Source of the DNA: an uncultured Candidatus Rokubacteria bacterium | Lineage (GTDB): Bacteria > Methylomirabilota > Methylomirabilia > Rokubacteriales > DASRDR01 | Assembly (NCBI GenBank): GCA_963826115.1 | Contig: CAWGVS010000006.1 | Span: forward strand, 1,088,001 to 1,152,000 | Direction of reading: 5' to 3' | Length of the DNA stretch: 64,000 nt | In this document: positions 46,312-55,827 of the stretch, in pieces | Numbering within the stretch: position 1 is the stretch's first letter | How the letters are laid out: every line of letters starts with the position of its first letter | Notes under the pieces: model-generated | Told to the model about the DNA's origin: nothing | The model's database searches: none | Seen by the model: only the letters and a program-made list of their open reading frames with translations | Position numbers and translations under genes: made by a program

Positions 46312-47049
46312 ATGGCGCCGGGCGAGCGGACGGCCCTCGTCACGGGCGCGGCGCGCGGGATCGGTCTCGCCATCGCGCGGCGGCTCGCCACGGACGGACT
46401 GCGAGTGGCCCTCGTCGACCTCGACCGCGAGCGGGTCGAGACGGCGGCCCGCGAGACGGGCGCCGGCGCGGTCGCGCTCGTGGCGGACGTGACCCGGAGC
46501 GCCGAGGTCGACGCGGCGGTGCAGGCGGTCGTGGACCGCTGGGGCCGCCTCGACGTGGTCGTGAACAACGCGGGCATCACCGGGCGCTCGTTCCCCATCT
46601 GGGAGCTCGACGACGCGGACTGGGAGCGCGTGCTGTCGGTCGACCTGACGAGCGTCTTCTACTGCTGCCGGGCGGCGATCCGCGCGATGCTGCGGCAGGG
46701 CACGGGGCGGATCGTCAACATCGCCTCGATCGCCGGCAAGGAGGGCAACCCCACGCTGGTGCCGTACTCGAGCGCCAAGGCGGGGGTGATCGGGCTGACG
46801 AAGGCGCTCGCCAAGGAGGTGGCCACGCGCGGCATCCTGGTGAACGCCGTGGCGCCGGCGGTGATCGGCACCGAGCTCCTCCAGCAGATGGAGCGGAGCA
46901 CGGTGGATCTCCTCGTCTCGAAGATCCCGATGGGCCGCGTCGGGCGGCCGGACGAGGTGGCGGCGCTCGTCGCGTGGCTGGCGTCCGAGGAGTGCTCGTT
47001 CAGCACCGGCGCCGTGTACGACCTGTCCGGCGGCCGCGCGACCTACTGA
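46312..47049 (+). CDS. Short-chain dehydrogenase/reductase
   Basis: TGAARGIG, NNAG, YSSAK. Confidence 0.92.
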   Translation: MAPGERTALVTGAARGIGLAIARRLATDGLRVALVDLDRERVETAARETGAGAVALVADVTRSAEVDAAVQAVVDRWGRLDVVVNNAGITGRSFPIWELDDADWERVLSVDLTSVFYCCRAAIRAMLRQGTGRIVNIASIAGKEGNPTLVPYSSAKAGVIGLTKALAKEVATRGILVNAVAPAVIGTELLQQMERSTVDLLVSKIPMGRVGRPDEVAALVAWLASEECSFSTGAVYDLSGGRATY

Positions 47050-47078
47050 ACCCTGGACCTCTCGCAGGAGGCGACACG

Positions 47079-47381
47079 ATGGCGGGTGTGCTGACCGTGG
47101 TGGCGAAGATCTTTCCGAAGCCGGGTCGGGAGAGCGAGGTCGAGGCCCTGCTCGTCAAGATGGCGGCGGCGGTGCGGCAGCACGAGCCGGACTGCCTCGT
47201 CTACCGGCCCCACCGCTCGACGGCCGAGCCGACCGGCTTCTACTTCTACGAGCAGTACCGCACCGACGCGGCCTTCGAGTTCCACCGGACGGCCCCGCAC
47301 CTGGCCGGGTATCGCGCCGAGATGAAGGAGCTCGTCGCGCGGCCGTCCGAGATCGACCTCTACCGCTCGCTGACCGCCTGA
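47079..47381 (+). CDS. ABM / putative quinol monooxygenase
   Basis: EPDCL.Y, FYEQY...AFEFH...PH; AGGAGG SD. Confidence 0.85.
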   Translation: MAGVLTVVAKIFPKPGRESEVEALLVKMAAAVRQHEPDCLVYRPHRSTAEPTGFYFYEQYRTDAAFEFHRTAPHLAGYRAEMKELVARPSEIDLYRSLTA

Positions 47382-47384
47382 CCG

Positions 47385-48626
47385 TCAGGCGGGCGCGGCG
47401 CCGATCTCCGTCCGGGGGGCGCGGGCCTCCGAGATCGCCCACGACATGAACGCCGCCGCCCCCGAGAGGGCGGCCCCGCCGACGAAGAAGGCCACGTAGC
47501 CGCCGGTCGCGTCGTGGATCACCCCGCCCGCGTACGAGCCGAGGGCGGCTCCGACCTGGTGGCTCAGCGCCACCAGACCGAACACCGTGCCCGCCGATCG
47601 CCGGCCGAACAGCACCGTGGCCAGCGCGGTCGTCGGGGCGACCGTCGAGAAGTCGACGATGCCGAACGCGACCGCGAACACGAAGAGCGACGCGGGATCC
47701 CGCGCGAAGATCAGGAAGACGAGGGTGACGGCGCGGCCCGCGTAGATCCAGCCGAGGAGCCGCGTGTACCCGACCCGGTCGGACACGGCGCCGGAGAGCG
47801 TCGTGAACACCATGTTCACGAGGGACAGCACGCCGAACGCGGTGGCGGCGGTGACGGCGGCGACGTGGTGGTCCAGAGCGTACGGGATGAAGTGCGTGTC
47901 GATGAGCCCCCCCGTGGTCACGCCGCACACGAAGAAGGAGAGCGCGAGCCACCAGAAGTTGGCGTGGCGCACGATCTCCGAGAGGAGCATCGGGGCTCCC
48001 GCGGCGCCGGCGCCCGCGTGGGGGCGCCCCGCGACGTGTTCGGGGTCGTCTCGCAGCAGGAGCAGGACGATCGGGAGCGCGACGACGAGGATCCCGCCGC
48101 CCAGCCACAGGAACGCGGCCCGCCAGCCGAGGCTGCCGATGAGCGCCGCCATGAGGGGCACCAGGACGAGCTGTCCCGCCGCCGACCCCGCCGCGACCAC
48201 GCCCAGGGCGAGCCCGCGCCGCTTGGTGAACCAGCGGGCGACCGCCACGGCGGAGGTCGGGCTCGACGCGCCTCCGATGCCGAACATGATCAGGACGCCG
48301 AAGATGAAGTACGCCTGCCAGAGGCTCACGATCGAGCTGACGGCCGCCGCGCCCACGCCGAGGAGGGCGACGCTTCCCGCGAAGATCGCGCGCGGGCCCA
48401 TGCGGTCGGCCCAGCGCCCGGAGAGCGCCTGGGAGATCCCGTAGACGACGAAGCCGAGCGACGCGGTGAGGCTCACCGCGGCCCGGTCCCATCCGAACTC
48501 GGTCTCCCAGGGGTTGACGAGGAGGCCGATCGTCCCGCGCAGGCCCAGGGCGACGGCCTGGGCGAAGAACATCACGCCCACCACCACCCACGCGTACCGT
48601 GACTCTTGCCCGCGCTCGTCCGTCAC
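47385..48626 (-). CDS. MFS transporter
   Basis: GRWADRMGPR, WFTKRRGLALG; about 12 TM. Confidence 0.9.
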   Translation of the reverse strand: MTDERGQESRYAWVVVGVMFFAQAVALGLRGTIGLLVNPWETEFGWDRAAVSLTASLGFVVYGISQALSGRWADRMGPRAIFAGSVALLGVGAAAVSSIVSLWQAYFIFGVLIMFGIGGASSPTSAVAVARWFTKRRGLALGVVAAGSAAGQLVLVPLMAALIGSLGWRAAFLWLGGGILVVALPIVLLLLRDDPEHVAGRPHAGAGAAGAPMLLSEIVRHANFWWLALSFFVCGVTTGGLIDTHFIPYALDHHVAAVTAATAFGVLSLVNMVFTTLSGAVSDRVGYTRLLGWIYAGRAVTLVFLIFARDPASLFVFAVAFGIVDFSTVAPTTALATVLFGRRSAGTVFGLVALSHQVGAALGSYAGGVIHDATGGYVAFFVGGAALSGAAAFMSWAISEARAPRTEIGAAPA

Positions 48627-48763
48627 CGCGCCCTCCCGCCGGGTACTCTTCCCGACGAACGTTTAGATGCCCCGCTCGCCGCCGCGGATTCCCGGCCGCC
48701 CAGGGGTCGTCCGGCCGGCGGCCGCGATGACGCCGGCGAGGGTCTTCGCTATGATCGGGCGCG

Positions 48764-49183
48764 ATGGACGGCCAGATCGAAGGGGCCCTCGCGGCGCGGA
48801 TCGCCGGCGACCCGTACGGACGCTGGCTCGGGATCGAGCTCGTCGAGCTCCGGGCCGGCTACTGCCGGGCCGCGCTCACGCTCCGCCCCGAGATGGCGAA
48901 CTTCCACGGGAGCCCGCACGGCGGCGCCATCTTCTCCCTCGCCGACTTCGCCTTCGGCGGCGCCTGCAACGGGCACGGCGAGCCGGCGGTCGCGCTGACC
49001 GTGACGATCCAGTTCCACGCGCCCGCCCGCATGGGGCGCCGGCTCGTCGCGGAGGCCCGCGAGACGCGGCAGGGGAAGCGCGCCGGGTTCTACGCGATGA
49101 CCGTGACCGACGAGGCCGACGGCGCCGTCGTCGCGACGTGCCAGGCCGTGTCCCTCCGGACCGACGCCCACCGGCCGCGCTGA
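48764..49183 (+). CDS. PaaI family hotdog thioesterase
   Basis: NFHGSPHGGAIFSLAD. Confidence 0.88.
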   Translation: MDGQIEGALAARIAGDPYGRWLGIELVELRAGYCRAALTLRPEMANFHGSPHGGAIFSLADFAFGGACNGHGEPAVALTVTIQFHAPARMGRRLVAEARETRQGKRAGFYAMTVTDEADGAVVATCQAVSLRTDAHRPR

Positions 49184-49214
49184 ACGCCGCCGGGGGCTCC
49201 GGTCCGGCCCGCGC

Positions 49215-49973
49215 TCACCGGCCCGACAGCCGCAGCAGCTCCTCCAGCGCCTTCGCGTTGAACGGCTGCGGACCCCGCAGGATGAAGTGCTCGACGCCCG
49301 CGTCGACGAGGGCGTCGATCTGTCCGTAGAGGTCCGGGCTGATCGAGCACGTGCGCTCGACCGCCTTCGGGTCTCGCCCCACCTTCGCGCACCACTCGTT
49401 CAGGATCTCGTTCTTCCGCCGCCAGTTGTCGACGGGCGGGAACGTGTTCCACATGTCCGCGTGCTGCGCGGTGAGCTTGAGGGTCACCTTCTCGCCGCCG
49501 CCCCCGATCATGATCGGCACGCGGCCGATCGGCGGGGGCGTGAGCTTCCCGAGCCGCGACTTGACCCGGGGGAGTGCCGCGCCCAGCTCGCGCAAGCGTG
49601 ACGCCGCGGTCCCGAACTCGAAGCCGTACTCCGTGTAGTCGCGCTCGAACCAGCCGGCGCCGATGCCGAGGATGGCGCGGCCCCCGCTCAGGTGGTCGAT
49701 GGTGGCAATGTCGCAGGCCAGGAGCTCGGGGTTCCGGTAGCTGTTCGCGTGCACCAGCGACCCGAAGCGGGCGTGCCGGGTCTCGACCGCCATCGCCGCC
49801 AGGATCGGCATGCAGGCGAAGTGCGGGCCCTCGGGCGGGCCGTAGAGGGGGAACATGTGGTCCCACACCCAGAGCGTGTCGACACCGAGCGCGTCCGCGC
49901 CGCGGTAGGCCTCGCGGATCTGCTCGATGGTGCAGTGCTGGGGGTGGATCTGGTAGCCGACGCGAAATCGCAT
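49215..49973 (-). CDS. LLM-class, probably F420-dependent oxidoreductase (MSMEG_2906-like)
   Basis: PQH, WDH.FPLYG, NSYRNP, GIGAGWFERDY.EYG.EFGT, IGGGGEK. Confidence 0.82.
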   Translation of the reverse strand: MRFRVGYQIHPQHCTIEQIREAYRGADALGVDTLWVWDHMFPLYGPPEGPHFACMPILAAMAVETRHARFGSLVHANSYRNPELLACDIATIDHLSGGRAILGIGAGWFERDYTEYGFEFGTAASRLRELGAALPRVKSRLGKLTPPPIGRVPIMIGGGGEKVTLKLTAQHADMWNTFPPVDNWRRKNEILNEWCAKVGRDPKAVERTCSISPDLYGQIDALVDAGVEHFILRGPQPFNAKALEELLRLSGR

Positions 49974-50019
49974 GGACGACCTTGCCTCTCTCCGCCGGGG
50001 ACCCGGTCCGCGACGGCGA

Positions 50020-51021
50020 TCAGTAGCCTCGGGCCCGGTCCACGAGGTTCAGGAGCGGGACGCCCTCGAGATAGCGGCGCAGGTTCTCGGCGAAGAGCTC
50101 GGCGCAGCGGTCGTCGTAGCTCGGCATGAAGCCCGAGACGTGCGGCGACAGGATCACGTTGTCGAGGTCGTAGAAGGGGTGCCCCGGCCGCGGCGGCTCC
50201 TCGGCGAACACGTCGATGGCCGCGCCGGCGATCCGACGGCCGGCGAGGGCGTCGGCGAGCGCCGTCTCGTCCACCGAGGCGCCCCGCCCCACGTTCACGA
50301 AGTATGCCGAGGGCTTCATGAGGGCGATCGTTGCGCGGTCGACCATGTGCCGCGTCTCCGCGGTGAGGGGGGCGCACAGCACGACCGCGTCGCAGCGGGG
50401 GAGCATGCGCGGGAGCTCGTCCGGACCGTACCAGCCGGCGGGGAGGCGGCCGTCGGGGTCGCCGGTGCCGGGGAGGGCGTACCCGCCGTCGGTCCGGTGC
50501 GCGGGGTCGCGCTTGCACGCGAGGACGCTCATGCCGAGCGCGGCGACGGCGATGCGCGCGAGCTCGCGGCCGATGCTCCCGTAGCCGATCACGCCGAGGG
50601 TCGCGCCCCGGAGCTCCGTCGGCACGAACAGGGGCCAGCGGCGCGCGTCCGGCGGCCAGGTGCGCTTCCCTTGCCACTCCAGCATGCCTGGCACCCGGTG
50701 GGCGAGCGCCAGGAGCATCGTGAGCGCGTACTCCGCGATGGTCGCGGCGTGGACGCCGCTGGTCGTCGTGAGCGGGATCGCGGAGTCCCGATAGAGCGGA
50801 TGCTCGTGGAGCGAGTTGATGCCGGCCATGTGGAGCTGGACCCAGCGGAGGTCGGGGGCGAGCCCGAGGTCCCGGGGCGGGCTCCCGGTGTAGAGGGCCT
50901 CGACGCCCCGGTAGTCGGCGCGGTCCGGCTCGGCGCGCGTCACGCTGAGGCGCGGTGCGGCCGCCCGGATGCGGGCCAGCTGGTCGTCGTTGAACGGCAT
51001 GGTGACGAGCACGCGCGTCAC
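50020..51021 (-). CDS. D-2-hydroxyacid dehydrogenase
   Basis: GYGSIG, NVGRG, DVFAEEP, SPHVSG. Confidence 0.9.
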   Translation of the reverse strand: MTRVLVTMPFNDDQLARIRAAAPRLSVTRAEPDRADYRGVEALYTGSPPRDLGLAPDLRWVQLHMAGINSLHEHPLYRDSAIPLTTTSGVHAATIAEYALTMLLALAHRVPGMLEWQGKRTWPPDARRWPLFVPTELRGATLGVIGYGSIGRELARIAVAALGMSVLACKRDPAHRTDGGYALPGTGDPDGRLPAGWYGPDELPRMLPRCDAVVLCAPLTAETRHMVDRATIALMKPSAYFVNVGRGASVDETALADALAGRRIAGAAIDVFAEEPPRPGHPFYDLDNVILSPHVSGFMPSYDDRCAELFAENLRRYLEGVPLLNLVDRARGY

Positions 51022-51050
51022 TCCGCCCTCCGCCGGGGCCCCCGGACGCG

Positions 51051-51359
51051 TCACGGCCAGTAGGGGTGCACCTCGAAGATCTGCCGCTTGATCTGGCCGC
51101 GGAACTCCGGAAAGCGCTTGATGTCGTCGGCCGACGCCTTGCGCTCCGGCGAGGCGAGCGCGGCGTCGAGGTCCGCGCGCGAGTCGAACAGGAGGTCGGC
51201 GACCTGGTAGAGCTCGTCGCCGGGCGCGCCCTTGGCGATCGTGATCCGGCGGACCCCCGGCCACTTGCGGACGGTCGGGAGATGCGACTCCCAGTAGTAC
51301 CGATCGAAGGCGGCCGGATCTGCCGGCTGCCCCGCGTACATCACCGAAAGCTTGACCAT
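51051..51359 (-). CDS. EthD family protein
   Basis: AAFDRYY..SHLP, FDS...L.AALASPE. Confidence 0.85.
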   Translation of the reverse strand: MVKLSVMYAGQPADPAAFDRYYWESHLPTVRKWPGVRRITIAKGAPGDELYQVADLLFDSRADLDAALASPERKASADDIKRFPEFRGQIKRQIFEVHPYWP

Positions 51360-51796
51360 GTCGGGTGTCCTCTCGCGGCCCTCGGGCCGCCGTTCGACGG
51401 TGGAGCGCGTCACTCGAAATCTTACGTCGGCGCCGGCCGCGCACGAAGAGGGGTGCCTCGACGCCGGGCGAGTCGGGCGGCCGAGCTCCCGCCGCTGGCC
51501 TCATCGAAGCGTGGTGTTGCGTGACCACGGCTATCTCCGCATGCTGGGGGGGAAGAATATCCTGGAGTGGTCGGTGACGCCGTGGGAGGCGCTCCGCGCG
51601 ATGATCGAGCTGGGCAACGGGTGCGTGCACGCCGGGCGTGACCGAGCTCGTGCTCCGGGATCTTCTGGGTCCTTGACCGCTACGACCGCCCCTCGCGACC
51701 GGCGCGGCCGATCCTCGGCACCGGTCGCGCCATGACCTCGGAGAAGGCCGCGCGGACGCTCCGCGTCCGCGAGTGCGTGAAGCGGTACGCCGGGCC

Positions 51797-52759
51797 ATGA
51801 GCGGGGCCAGCCCCGCGGCGGAGCGCGCCGGGCGCCTGCGCGTGGCCGTCACGGGCGCCACGGGTCTCGTCGGCAGCGCCCTCGTGTCCGCGCTGCGCGA
51901 GGCGGGCCACCGCGTCGACCGCCTGAGCCGGCGGGTCCCGGCACCGGGGTCGACGGACGTCCAGTGGGATCCCGCCCGCGGCCAGCTCGACCCCCGCGCG
52001 CTGGAGGGCGTGGACGCGGTCGTCCACCTCGCGGGCGAGCCCATCGCCGCCCTGCGCTGGACGCCGGCGGTCAAGGCACGGATTCGCGGGAGCCGCGTGG
52101 ACGGCACCCGGCTCCTGGCCGAGACGCTGGCGCGCCTGCCGCGACGGCCGCGCGTGCTGGTCTCGACCTCCGGCGTCGGCTACTACGGGGATCGGGGCGA
52201 CGCGCCGCTCACCGAGGAGAGTCCGGCGGGCGCGGGCTTCCTCGCCGACGTGTGCCGCGCCTGGGAGGCGGCCGCCGACCCCGCGCGCGCCGCGGGCATC
52301 CGGGTCGTCCACCCGCGGGTCGGCGTCGTGCTCGCGGGCCACGGGGGCGCCCTGCCGCGGATCGCGCTCCCGTTCCGGCTCGGCGCGGGCGGCGTGATCG
52401 GCAGCGGCCGGCAGTACTGGAGCTGGATCGAGCTCGGCGACCTGGTGCGGGTCCTCGAGCTCTGCCTCGCGCTCGACGCGCTCGCCGGCCCGGTGAACGC
52501 GGTCGCGCCCGCGCCCGCGACCAACCGCGAGCTCACGCGCCTCCTGGGACGCGTGCTCGGGCGGCCCACCTGGGTCCCGCTCCCGGCGCCGGCGGTCCGG
52601 CTCCTCCTCGGCGAGATGGGGCAGGCGCTGCTCCTCGACAGCGCCCGCGTCCTGCCCCGTCACCTCGAGCGCGCCGGCTTCCGCTTCCGGCACCCGGAGC
52701 TCGAGGGCGCGCTCCGCGTGGCGCTCACGGGTGAGCCGGCGCGCGTCGTCCCCCGCTGA
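51797..52759 (+). CDS. TIGR01777 family NAD-dependent epimerase-like oxidoreductase
   Basis: TGATGLVG, HLAGEPI, GSGRQ..SWI, GPVNAVAP. Confidence 0.9.
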   Translation: MSGASPAAERAGRLRVAVTGATGLVGSALVSALREAGHRVDRLSRRVPAPGSTDVQWDPARGQLDPRALEGVDAVVHLAGEPIAALRWTPAVKARIRGSRVDGTRLLAETLARLPRRPRVLVSTSGVGYYGDRGDAPLTEESPAGAGFLADVCRAWEAAADPARAAGIRVVHPRVGVVLAGHGGALPRIALPFRLGAGGVIGSGRQYWSWIELGDLVRVLELCLALDALAGPVNAVAPAPATNRELTRLLGRVLGRPTWVPLPAPAVRLLLGEMGQALLLDSARVLPRHLERAGFRFRHPELEGALRVALTGEPARVVPR

Positions 52760-52872
52760 CCGGTGGCGGGCTCCGGTGCCGCGCGGGTCGGACGCGGCGA
52801 TACCAGTACAATTGGCGGGACCGGGAGGCGTGACGGAGCCGTGCCCTGCGTGAGGGTCAGAGCGGAATCTGA

Positions 52873-55827
52873 ATGAGAGGACTCGAGGCGCGGCTCGTTG
52901 CCGACGTCCGCGCGCTCCGCCGGCGCGATTCCCGCGGCGCCATCCTCCTCGCCGTGCCGAGCCGGCTCCTCGGGGCGCACGTCCGAGCGCGGGTGGTACG
53001 CGAGCTCGGCGGCGTCGCCGGGATCGACGTGGTGACGCTGCCCGAGGTGGCCGAGCGCGTTGCCCTCCTTCCGCTGGCGCTCGCCGGGCGCGCGCCCTTG
53101 CCGGCCGTCGCCGACCGGCTCCTCGTGGACCGCGCGATCCGCGCGACGGTGCCGCCGTCGGGCGGCTACTTCTCCGGGGTCGTCGACGCCCGGAACTTTC
53201 CGGCGGCGATGCTGCGGACGGTTCTCGATGTCAAGCACGCCGGGCTCGGCCCCGCCGACCTCGAGGCGGCCTTCCCGGAGAGCGCGAAGGTCCGCGAGCT
53301 GGCAGGCGTCCACCGCGAGCTCGAGGCGGGACTCCGCCGGCAGGGCTACTACGACGCCTCGGACCTCCTGGGCGAGGCCGCGCGCCTGGTGGCCGCCGAG
53401 CCGGCGCGGCTCGGGGCGATCGCGGTGCTGGCCTTCGGGTTCGTCGAGCTGAACCCGCTCGAGCTGCGCCTCCTCGAGGCGTGCGGCCGCGGGGCCGCCG
53501 TGCTCCGCTACGCGGCCGACGCCGGGGCGGCCGCGCCGCCGGAGGCCGCCGCCATCGAGATCGTCGCGGCGCCGGGCGAGGAGCGGGAGGTGCGGGAGAT
53601 CGCCCGCGTGATCCTCGGCCACGTCGAGGGCGGCGGCCGGCTCGACGAGGTCGGCGTCCTGCTCCGCCGCCCGGCCGCGTATCTCTCGGCGGTGCGGGAC
53701 GTGTTCGGCGCCGCGGGCATCCCGTACGTGCTCGGGACGGCGCCGGCGATCGGCGAGACGCGCGCGGGTCGGAGTCTCCGCCTCCTCGCCGAGGTGCGCC
53801 GCTCGGACTTCGCCCGCGCGGGGGTGATGGAGTTCCTCGCCTTCGCCGACCTCCGGCCCCGGCCGGGCACGAGCCCCGCGGAGTGGGAGCGGCTCTCCCG
53901 CCAGGCCGGTATCGTCGGCGGTGCGTACGAGTGGCGCGCGCGGCTCGACCGCCTGGACCGGCGGCTCGCGCCCGTGCCGGAGATCGAGGACGACGAGGAC
54001 GGCCGCGCCCGGCGGGCGGGGGACCGGGACGCGCTCGGCGCGTTGCGCCGCGCGGTCCGCGCGCTCCTCCGCGGGCTCTCGGGCCTGCCCGATCCCGCGC
54101 CGGTGGGCGCGCTGGTCGACGCCGTCACGCGGACGTTCCGGCGTCTCGTCGCGACGTCGCCGGAGGCCGAGCTGGCGCTCGGCGCCCTCGGCCGGTTGCG
54201 CGAGCTCGCGGCGCTCGACGCCGTCCTGCCGCTCGAGGAGTTCTGGACGCTCCTCGAGAGCGCGCTGGCCGTGCCGTCGGCGGCCGGCCCCGCGCCCGCG
54301 TCGGGCCGCGTCTTCGTCGGGGAGCTCGACGTCGCCCTCGGCGTCGACTTCCCGCTCACCATCGTGCCCGGGCTGGTCGAGGGGAGCTTCCCGGCGGCGC
54401 CCCGACAGGACCCGATCCTGCTCGACGCCGAGCGCCGGCGGCTCCCGGGGCTCCCGCTCGCGGAGGACGCGCGGGAGCTCGAGCGCGCGCGCTTCGCCCT
54501 CGCCGTCGGATCGGGCGCGCGCCGCGTCGTCCTCACGTATCCGCGGATCGACGCGGAGAACGGACGCCCGCGCGTGCCGTCGTTCCTGGTCCTGGACCTT
54601 CTCGAGACGGTGACGGGCCGGCGTCACGACTTCCAGACGCTCCAGTCCTTCCCCGGTTTCCAGTCGGTGCCCCTCCATCCGGCCCCGCCGTCCGCGCGCG
54701 AGCGCCCGCTCGACGAGCGAGAGTGGCTCGTGGCCCGCGCGCTTGCCGCGCGGTCGGAGCCGGAGGCGCTCCTCCGCGGGCTGCCGCGCGCCCGGCGCGG
54801 CCTCGAGACCATCCGCTCCCGGGAGCGGACGGACGTCCTCACGGTCTACGACGGTCTCCTCGACCACGGCGTGGACCTCGGCGAGGCGCCGCTCTCCCCG
54901 ACGGCGCTCGAGCGCTACGCGGCGTGCCCGTTCCGGTTCCTGCTCGAGCGCGTCTACCGCCTGCAGGCCGTCGAGGAGCCGGACCGCATCCTGACCCTCG
55001 ATCCGCGGGATCGCGGCGACCTGGTCCACGCGGTCCTGGAGGCGACCTTCCGCGGCCTCGCCGAGAGCGGCGAGCTGCCGCTGACCCACGCGCGACTCCC
55101 GGCGGCGCGCGAGGCCCTCGAGGCCGCGTTCGCCGACGCGTCCGCCGACGCGGAGCGGCGCGGCGTGACCGGGCTGCCCGCCCTGTGGGAGGGCGAGCGC
55201 GCCCGGCTTCGCGAGGAGCTCCTGTCGGCCCTCGAGGCCGAGGCGGACGACCCCGCCGGCTGGCGGCCCGCGCTGTTCGAGGCCGCCTTCGGCATCGAGG
55301 GCCGCGAGGGCGCGAGCCCCGCGCTCGTCTACCGCCTTCCGGACGGCACCGAGCTTCGCCTGCGTGGCCAGATCGACCGGGTCGACCTGTCGCCGGACGG
55401 CCGGCGGGCGCGCGTACTCGACTACAAGACCGGGCGGAACCGCTCACCGAGGACGCCGGACCGCCTCGCTCGGGGCCGCGCGCTCCAGCTGCCCGTCTAC
55501 CGGCTCGCGGCGGAGGCGATCCTGGCGGACCGGGGCGTCGCGACGGTGGACGAGGCGCAGTACTACCACGTGATCGGCCCGGACAGCGGCACGCGGGTCC
55601 GGTTCACCCGGAACGGCTGGGACACGCGCCGCGCCGACTTCGACCAGGTCCTCCGGACCATCGTCGACGGAATCCGGGCGGGGCGGTTCTTCCAGCGGCC
55701 GGGCACGTGCGCGCGGGGGCCGTGCGCCTTCGACCTCGCCTGCGGAGCCGAGCGCATCCGGTGGGCCGAGGCCAAGCGCGCCGACCCGTCGGTCGCGGCC
55801 CACGAGACGCTGGACTCGATCCCGTGA
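52873..55827 (+). CDS. addB: AddB/RexB-like subunit with PD-(D/E)xK nuclease and Fe-S cysteines
   Basis: SPTALE.Y..CPF, GQIDRVD, LDYKTG, LQLPVY, C-terminal Cys cluster. Confidence 0.8.
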   Translation: MRGLEARLVADVRALRRRDSRGAILLAVPSRLLGAHVRARVVRELGGVAGIDVVTLPEVAERVALLPLALAGRAPLPAVADRLLVDRAIRATVPPSGGYFSGVVDARNFPAAMLRTVLDVKHAGLGPADLEAAFPESAKVRELAGVHRELEAGLRRQGYYDASDLLGEAARLVAAEPARLGAIAVLAFGFVELNPLELRLLEACGRGAAVLRYAADAGAAAPPEAAAIEIVAAPGEEREVREIARVILGHVEGGGRLDEVGVLLRRPAAYLSAVRDVFGAAGIPYVLGTAPAIGETRAGRSLRLLAEVRRSDFARAGVMEFLAFADLRPRPGTSPAEWERLSRQAGIVGGAYEWRARLDRLDRRLAPVPEIEDDEDGRARRAGDRDALGALRRAVRALLRGLSGLPDPAPVGALVDAVTRTFRRLVATSPEAELALGALGRLRELAALDAVLPLEEFWTLLESALAVPSAAGPAPASGRVFVGELDVALGVDFPLTIVPGLVEGSFPAAPRQDPILLDAERRRLPGLPLAEDARELERARFALAVGSGARRVVLTYPRIDAENGRPRVPSFLVLDLLETVTGRRHDFQTLQSFPGFQSVPLHPAPPSARERPLDEREWLVARALAARSEPEALLRGLPRARRGLETIRSRERTDVLTVYDGLLDHGVDLGEAPLSPTALERYAACPFRFLLERVYRLQAVEEPDRILTLDPRDRGDLVHAVLEATFRGLAESGELPLTHARLPAAREALEAAFADASADAERRGVTGLPALWEGERARLREELLSALEAEADDPAGWRPALFEAAFGIEGREGASPALVYRLPDGTELRLRGQIDRVDLSPDGRRARVLDYKTGRNRSPRTPDRLARGRALQLPVYRLAAEAILADRGVATVDEAQYYHVIGPDSGTRVRFTRNGWDTRRADFDQVLRTIVDGIRAGRFFQRPGTCARGPCAFDLACGAERIRWAEAKRADPSVAAHETLDSIP

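Noticed and set aside
51480-51735. Short ORF (..MLGGKNILEWSVTPWEALRAMIELG..) between ethD and the TIGR01777 gene
   Set aside because: Protein-like for about 40 codons only, with no SD or recognisable family; possibly a gene relic
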